A DNA stretch of 64,000 nucleotides from assembly GCA_951406725.2 (NCBI GenBank), contig OX597831.1:3968001-4032000 (forward strand), given 5' to 3'. This DNA is from Octopus vulgaris. Lineage: Eukaryota. A program made the translations under genes and the position numbers. Of this stretch, positions 56,681 through 64,000 are shown one piece after another (positions within the stretch are counted from its first letter, which is position 1; each line of letters opens with the position of its first letter). The notes below the pieces were generated by a model that was not told where the DNA came from, searched no databases, and saw only the letters and a list, made by a program, of their open reading frames with translations.

Positions 56681-58487
56681 TACTATAGTAGTAATCTTTT
56701 ATTCTTTTATACTTTTATCTGTTTCAGTCATGTGACTAAGGCCATGCTAGAACACATGCACCACCTACACATACATACACACACATTACATTGTTTCCAG
56801 TCTGCCAGAGCATAGATTCTCATGCAGTTAGTTACTATACCGTTTATGGCAATCAACTCTTTTTCAATATTTCCTGATGGTGCTATTCGCTCTGCATATT
56901 AAAATCCAACGGATACGACATGACTTCCCATCTTTCTGCGCTCGATCAAATAAGCTACGAATCAAAGACTAGAACCAATGCAATCGATTCCATACTTTGC
57001 CTGCAAGAATTTATGGTCTTCATACTCTGTCAGAAACCAATATTAACTATTTAACTGTTGTTAACATTTATTAGTAGCATCAACGTTTTTGTCACAAGAC
57101 TTTCTGGGGACATACTTTTTTATTCTTTAGTAAAAGCAATCTTTTAGGTAAAGCAGTAAATTACAAAACTATATCGGAATTACTTTCTCGCATTTTTGAT
57201 TGAAAAAAAAAAAAAACATCGTTGTTTCGAAAGTTGCAACTTTTATTCTCCTTTGTTATTTAAAAAAATAAATAAATAAAAATTCTATTTAGCTGACGGT
57301 TGTCTTTAGGTTTTGTTACCACTTCAATAATTTTATCGATCGGGTTAAATGAGGGAATGCCCGCTTTGGCGTAGCTACCGTGTATGAGAGAACTAGAATT
57401 ATTTGAGAAAACTAGATCTTTTAAAGTGACTATTGAGTGAAAAATAAGCTCAAATAATCACATCAGTCTTCTGACATACATACATACATACCCCACCACA
57501 CACACACACACATGGTGGTCTTACAGGAAGCTATATATACTGTAGTGGAGACAGAAAACGAAAGAGATTTGCAGGAGGAGATAACCGTTTCTAAGCATAT
57601 CCATCTTTTGTGTTCAGTGAAAAATCTTTTTTCCAAAAAGTGAGAAGAGTAAGAAAAAGGAACACCCATCTTATTGCATATAATTCTTTTATTATTATTC
57701 TTTATCATTATCATAGTAGCCATGTATGATATCATTTCATCCTCGTTTGGAATCTTCAGCACGGGAAAAACCTAAGATTTTCGAATGGCACAACCTAAGA
57801 TTTTCAGCTTGGAACAACCTAAAATTTTCGAATTATTTTATCCAAGTTCATTTGTAAACAAAAACTTAAGTTACAGTTAACGACGGTCGATCTTTTTTCT
57901 TATAACAGTGGAGAGAAGGAGGCAAGAGAGAAAGAGATTGGGAGAAAAGCCTTCTTCGTGGTTTTGGAATGTATTACATATTTCATCTTTCTTTTTCTTT
58001 TTCTGCAGTATATATATCCAGCATTAATTTACCTTGCGTAACGGTCCTTTATGTAGCCTCATTTATTGTTCTACCAACGGTCCAAAACGGATGTCCTCTT
58101 TTGCTTTCCCAGGTGCTAATGAGGAATTTCTGGCTATAGTCTCTTCTTTGCTTTGTCCGTCGTGATGAGCGAGAATCATATCGTTCATATTCCATCTCGC
58201 TATGGCACTTTTGACTCCAAATTTAATGGGCTGTATGTTAAATTCAGTCAGTATCTCACACGTGGTGGTCTTACAGGAAGCTGTATATGCTGTGGCAGAG
58301 ACAGAGAAAGAAACAGACTTGCTGCTCGCGGGAAGATAATCTTTTCTAAACATGTCGAACTTTTGTTCATTATAGAGAAATAATATATATTAGTATATAT
58401 CAATATATATGTAAATATATATTTGTACGTATGATATGCATGCATGAATGTATGTATGTATGTATTTATACATACATACATATACGT

Positions 58488-58524
<37 letters not shown>

Positions 58525-58525
<1 letters not shown>

Positions 58526-59100
58526 GGTCCAAACGTAGGTATACTGCTATTCAACTATCTCTTTCGCATTCATATACTAACACTTTAGATCTTAATTATA
58601 AAAAAATATGAAACCCTTTTTCTATGCTAATTTAGTTAACTTTGACCAGCTCCCTTTTCAGTTTGTTATTGTTTATTTTTTTTTTACAGGTATTGTAAAG
58701 TGCGAGCCATGGCAAAACAATTTAAGTCAAGAGCATAGAAAGTGGTTACTAAAGTGGATTACTCTTTTGGGTGGGTTGTTGTAAAGAACAAGGTTTATGA
58801 GAAGGATCTCAAAACAGCAAATGAATTAAAAGATTACATTTCTGACGCATTCATTGAAATTGATGGAGATCGGAATTTGTGCTGCACTGTGTGTCAGAGT
58901 GTTCTGAAGAGGTTTGAAGAATGTTGAAGGATGTTGAAGGAGGATGTTTTGAGCATTTGAGAGATTAAACATTGTCTGTTTAAGATGCGCATAAACAATA
59001 TGATTGTAAGATAGAAATTTAAATGTAATAAAATATTTCAAAAGAAATTTAAAGTGCCTGCATGATAACTGTAAACCTACTTTTGGGCCACCCTCTACAG
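58525..59100 (+). mobile_element. Internally deleted Tc1/mariner element
   Basis: Imperfect IR ggtccaaacgtaggtatactg / ctgtaaacctacttttgggcc. Transposase C-terminus [24 protein letters not shown]...[11 protein letters not shown]...FEHL lies directly after a short N-terminus. Confidence 0.7.
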
Positions 59101-59107
59101 ATATATC

Positions 59108-59151
<44 letters not shown>

Positions 59152-59224
59152 TATATATATATATACACACACATATATATATATATATATATAATATATC
59201 CATACATATATATGTATATATATA

Positions 59225-59258
<34 letters not shown>

Positions 59259-59278
59259 CACATATATATATACATACA

Positions 59279-59311
<33 letters not shown>

Positions 59312-59315
<4 letters not shown>

Positions 59316-59775
59316 AGTAATTAAGGGTTTAGCAACGATTTGTCTCACCACACACCGAATTTAGAAATAGCAGTCAAAGAGTTATGGCTATTCTTTCTAC
59401 TTAAAAGGGAGATCCCAGTAAAACCACAGCACTTAAAAGGCAAACAACGCAGGGAAAAGAGAAAGAAATGACGACAATCATTCTATATTAAGTCACCTAC
59501 GGACGTACGTTTCGAAATTAAGTCATAGGAAAGCATAAAAATTAAATAATTATGTCTTACCCAACTATTTTTCTTCAGCGTAGGACTCTTCAATTATAAA
59601 TAATTGCGTCTCAATTATTAATAATTGTGTATTAAATTTGAAGGCACTAGAAGACATCACCTCAACTCATGGTATCAGAGCGAGCGTAAGCCATTACCAG
59701 TACCACCAAATTCAATGGGTGAATGAAAGTATGTCACCATCCCCCTCCCGCCAGCGTGCTGCCAAAATAAGAATA
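59312..59775 (-). mobile_element. TA-flanked HHR-bearing non-coding insert
   Basis: Contains the HHR at 59496-59584. Its terminal ~165 bp are homologous to the TA-flanked insert at 12507-12672. Confidence 0.65.
59496..59584 (-). ncRNA. Type I hammerhead ribozyme motif
   Basis: CCUACG-CUGAAGA-[long helix II]-GAAAC-GUAC-GUC-CGUAGG. Perfect 6-bp helix I and palindromic loop III. The first helix II pair is an A.C mismatch. Confidence 0.8.
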
Positions 59776-59783
59776 TATATATG

Positions 59784-59820
<37 letters not shown>

Positions 59821-59823
<3 letters not shown>

Positions 59824-60050
59824 GAGGCGCGTGGTTTAGTGGATAGGTTGTCAGCATCATCATCGTAAGATTGTGGTTTCGATTCCTGGACCGGACGACG
59901 CGTTGTGTTCTTGAGCAAAACACTTCATTTTACGTTGCTCCAGTCCACTCAGCTGGCAAAATTGAGTAACCGTCCAGCTGGGGAACACATACGCCACTGA
60001 AACCGGGAAACTGGGCCCATGAGCCTGGCTAGACTTTAAAAAGGGCGCAT
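59821..60050 (+). mobile_element. SINE with D-like head and alternative tail
   Basis: Homologous to 28368-28620. Confidence 0.78.
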
Positions 60051-60530
60051 TTATTATATATATTATATGTATATATATATAGTTAAATAATTTCGTTATA
60101 GGTATAAACATACCATAAACAAGTATAAATAATGGAGAAAAGACATGTTGAATCAAAATTAGATTTAACACAAAATTGGATTCAATACATACGCACGTTT
60201 CGAAAGACAATATAAATATGTATATATACATATATGTGTGTGTGTGTGTGTGTGTGTGTACGTGCGCGCGCGCAAACACATGTGTTTATCTTTGTGTTTG
60301 AGTTTGTCCAGCGCCACAACCTGATAACCAGTGTTGGCGTGTTTACGTCCCCGTAACCTAGTATCTCGACCTAAGTGACCGATAAAATAAGTAGCGGGTT
60401 TAAAAAGAAAATAAGTACTGGGGTCGATAAGTTCGACTAATATTCTTGAATGAAGCAAGTAAAAGATAGATAAAAGATATAGCAGACATTCTATACAAAC
60501 ATACATACATACATACATACATACATACAT

Positions 60531-60577
<47 letters not shown>

Positions 60578-61951
60578 CACACATATATATAGGAAAATGG
60601 AGATTAGGAAATTAATGATAAAAGATTATTAACTTCCTAGTCTCCATTTTCTTTTCATCTTTAAAATGGATATCACCTATATGCTTTATGTATACCTATT
60701 GCTTTAAGAAAATATCATTCCCTCAAAATACTAGGTATTGAATCAGTATTTCCTTAGATGCAACCATCCCTTCATGAGGTTAACATACCCTTCAATTATT
60801 TTATATATATATATATACAAAGAGAGAAAGGGCACAAATGGCTTAAGGTTCACTACAGCTGTTTCAAACGCGTTTTTTTTTTTTTGCTTTTGATGAATAA
60901 ACCGATTACATCGTGAAAGAAAATGCCGTTTTCTTGAAGTGAATTATAAATTTAAAATTTGTTTCTGAAAAAATACCAAGATGTGGAATGTGTGTTGACT
61001 CTTCCATTTTGGAAACAATTAAGAGAGTGAATACATGCGGAGTGTATTGCTGGATTTCATTCACGTATGGACAAAAAAACCACACACACACATTCACACA
61101 TACACACATTAATATGAATGCAATTTATTTACAGAAAATATATTCACTATGTTGATGTAGATTAGAATAATATTTATTCAAAGTCGCTGTTCACGATTTG
61201 CGTTTCCGCTTCGTCAGGCAAATAGACTGCGCATAGTTGCTAACTGCAGCAGCGGCGGATGTTTCATCTATTAGGAATGAGGAAACTCCATTGCTATGCG
61301 CTCCCATAAAACATAAATATTGCCAGTGCTTGAGAACTAAATTCCATAACCTGTGAATAAAGACAAAAAATACAAGAGAAAATTTAAACAAAACATTTCA
61401 AGATTATGATAGAAATTTAGACCTTAAGCAGAGCAGACATTTAGTGTTAAGATATGCAGTAATGATAGTAATAAAAAATATCGAAGTCAGCATTTTGGGT
61501 AACTAAAAGATAAGAGTCGTTTCTGGAATACGCAGCTTCTGTTTGCAGATCTAGTTGAAGATGCAAAAGAGTATGGAGACAATATTTTCGGAAAAATAGG
61601 TGATAATATAATTTAAGTGAGATGCAATGGTTGTTGTAGTTTTTTTTAAAAAATGATAGTTATTTAATAGTTGAATGGCTAGACATATTTGGGGCGACAA
61701 TGTCGTTTCCGACTTTTTAATAATTAGATGATTAAAAAATCTCTCTCGCTCGCGCGCACACACACACACTCCCACACACACACACACGTACACACAACGC
61801 GCGCGTGCACACGCACACATGCTTGCATTTATTCATGCATACGCACTATATGAGCGTAAGCATATAAACGCAAATAAATACATATACGTATATATATATA
61901 TATATATATATGGCTCTGTGTGTGTACATATATACACATATATATATATGC

Positions 61952-61996
<45 letters not shown>

Positions 61997-62518
61997 CACA
62001 CGTATATGAATATATATGTGCATGAATATGTCTGTGCGCATGTTCGAGTAGGAGTGCGTACACACACACACACACACACACACACCTGTGCATGTGCTTG
62101 TGTGTGTTTGCATGCTTGTGTTGAAGAGTATGTTCGTCTTTGATCTATTTGCTACACTAATGCGAATCCGCATGTTTGCTGCCAAGTAGATCACCCTCTC
62201 CAGTTAACTAATAATTTATTAATAACTTATTACTAAGTCGACTACAGCTAAACCACTTTTAAACACTATTCTAACTTGTCGATTTAGAACAGCGTCTCCT
62301 TTCTTACCTTCATTCCTTAACTAACTACTAACTCTATAAAGAGAAAATTGCTATTCTGAAATGATTCTTGTCGTTATACATTTGCAGAATGTTAGTGTCA
62401 TTTCTTTGGCATTCACAGCGGTTTTCTGCAAACCAGTTCATCTACTCTTTCAGCTTTCAACGATTTATATTTTGTACGCCTTAATTTCTATCAAAATACA
62501 GTTTTGTAGTTTTCATAA

Positions 62519-63248
62519 GCTTTTATCTTTTACTTGTTTCAGTCATTAGACTGCGGCCATTTGAAGACTTCACTGGATTGAAGAAACATTTGGTCGAATG
62601 AATCGACCCCAGTACGTATCTTTTTGTTAAGCCTGGTACTTATTCTACCGTCACTTTTTGCCGAAATGCTAAGTTGCTAGGACATATACACACTAACAGG
62701 CGGCGAGCTGGCAGAGACGTTAGCACGCCGGGCGAAGTGCTTCGCGGTATTTCGCCCGTCGCTACGTTTTGAGTTCAAATTCCGCCGAGGTCGACTTTGC
62801 CTTTCATCCTTTCGGGTCGATAAATTAAGTACCAGTTACGCACTGGGGTCGATGTAATCGACTTAATCCGTGTGTCTGTCCTTGTTTGTCCCCTCTGTGT
62901 TTGGCCCCTTGTGGGTAGTAAAGAAACGCATATACACACTAACATCGGTTGTCAAGAGGTGATCGGGAACAAATACAGACACAAAGACACAAGAATAGAT
63001 GTACAGAAACCCAACGCACACACACGCGCGCACACACACACACATGCGCGCGCGCGCATAGTTATACATACATATTTCTATACGACGGGCTTCTTTCAGT
63101 TACTGTCTACCAATTCCACTCACAAGGCTTTGGTCAGCCCGAAGGTATAGTAAGAAACATGTGCCTAAGGTGCCACGCAGTGGGAGTGAACCCAGAACCA
63201 CGTGACTGGGAAGTAAACTTCTTACCCTTCTTACCACACAATCATACT
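62519..63248 (-). mobile_element. SINE family A interrupted by a family B copy (62699-62926, + strand)
   Basis: The family A halves are separated by the B copy; catatacacactaaca is duplicated around the B insert. Confidence 0.78.
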
Positions 63249-64000
63249 TGCACTTATATTTATTTATTTGCCTCTAAGTCTCATCCGGTAGGATTGTTTT
63301 GCCCGTGGGCGTGACAGTATGGTTGCATCATCACTTGAAAGTATAGTTTACCATAACGCATAGAGTCCATATTCAAGCCATCATAAATTGCTTAATGAAC
63401 TAGAATAATGGGACCTGTCCTGCGACCACACCCTCCTATACATGCACATATCGTCCCGCATCTTTCCTAACCCCCCCCCCCCATAGAACCGTGTTCCCAC
63501 CTGATTCCTCACCCCGTTCTTCTTTCTGTTTTTCTAACCATCTACTCTCATACTTAAATTTTTTTTGTTTTGTTATCAAGGATTAGCGTCCGAAGCATCG
63601 ATCTCTTTCCATTCTCTCTTTAAGCGTTAAACTAATACGAGATTAGTTAAAACCCGTTTCTCTTTCGTCTTATTTTTTGTGCTCATTGCTTAATATGTAT
63701 GTAAATATGTTTGCTTGTTTGTGTGTATGTACGTTCTCTTCTAGTTTTAATTATTTGAAGTCATCGTTTTCAAGGAGGAGCTGGTTTCTTACAAAGATGT
63801 AAAGCTATAAAACCAACGTCATATGCTGAACTTGAGAAAAATCTTGAGTATTTTTACTGTTCCACTTACAGATTTTTTTCTAATGTGCGTGTTAGCTGGT
63901 TAATTTCTATTTCTGAAAATTCTAGCTTTTACAGATTACCACTTAGGCATTTAATAACTAAACCAAATGCACCAATTACTATTTGGTACAAATGTGAATT

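Overview
Eukaryotic, AT-rich, repeat-saturated non-coding DNA (intergenic or intronic). The SINE families and microsatellite load suggest an octopus or other coleoid cephalopod (inference). No host protein-coding exon could be supported; nearly all listed ORFs are microsatellite or SINE artefacts. The one long real ORF is a 5'-truncated Neptune-type Penelope-like retroelement (PLE; RT + GIY-YIG, 47153->45549) inserted in (TA)n. Also present are a full-length but frameshifted mariner (34001-35267), decayed DD37D/Tc1 and Chapaev3-like transposases, a non-autonomous Helitron, RTE and CR1-like LINE fragments, a second GIY-YIG PLE remnant, and about 30 tRNA-derived SINE copies. The main unannotated signal is a set of about 10 hammerhead-ribozyme (HHR) or HHR-like motifs in short modules inserted in microsatellites. 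These include an apparent tRNA-headed, HHR-bearing element with PLE-style inverted tails, and several long perfect or near-perfect fold-backs. Repeat boundaries were read by eye and are approximate unless TSDs or TIRs are quoted.
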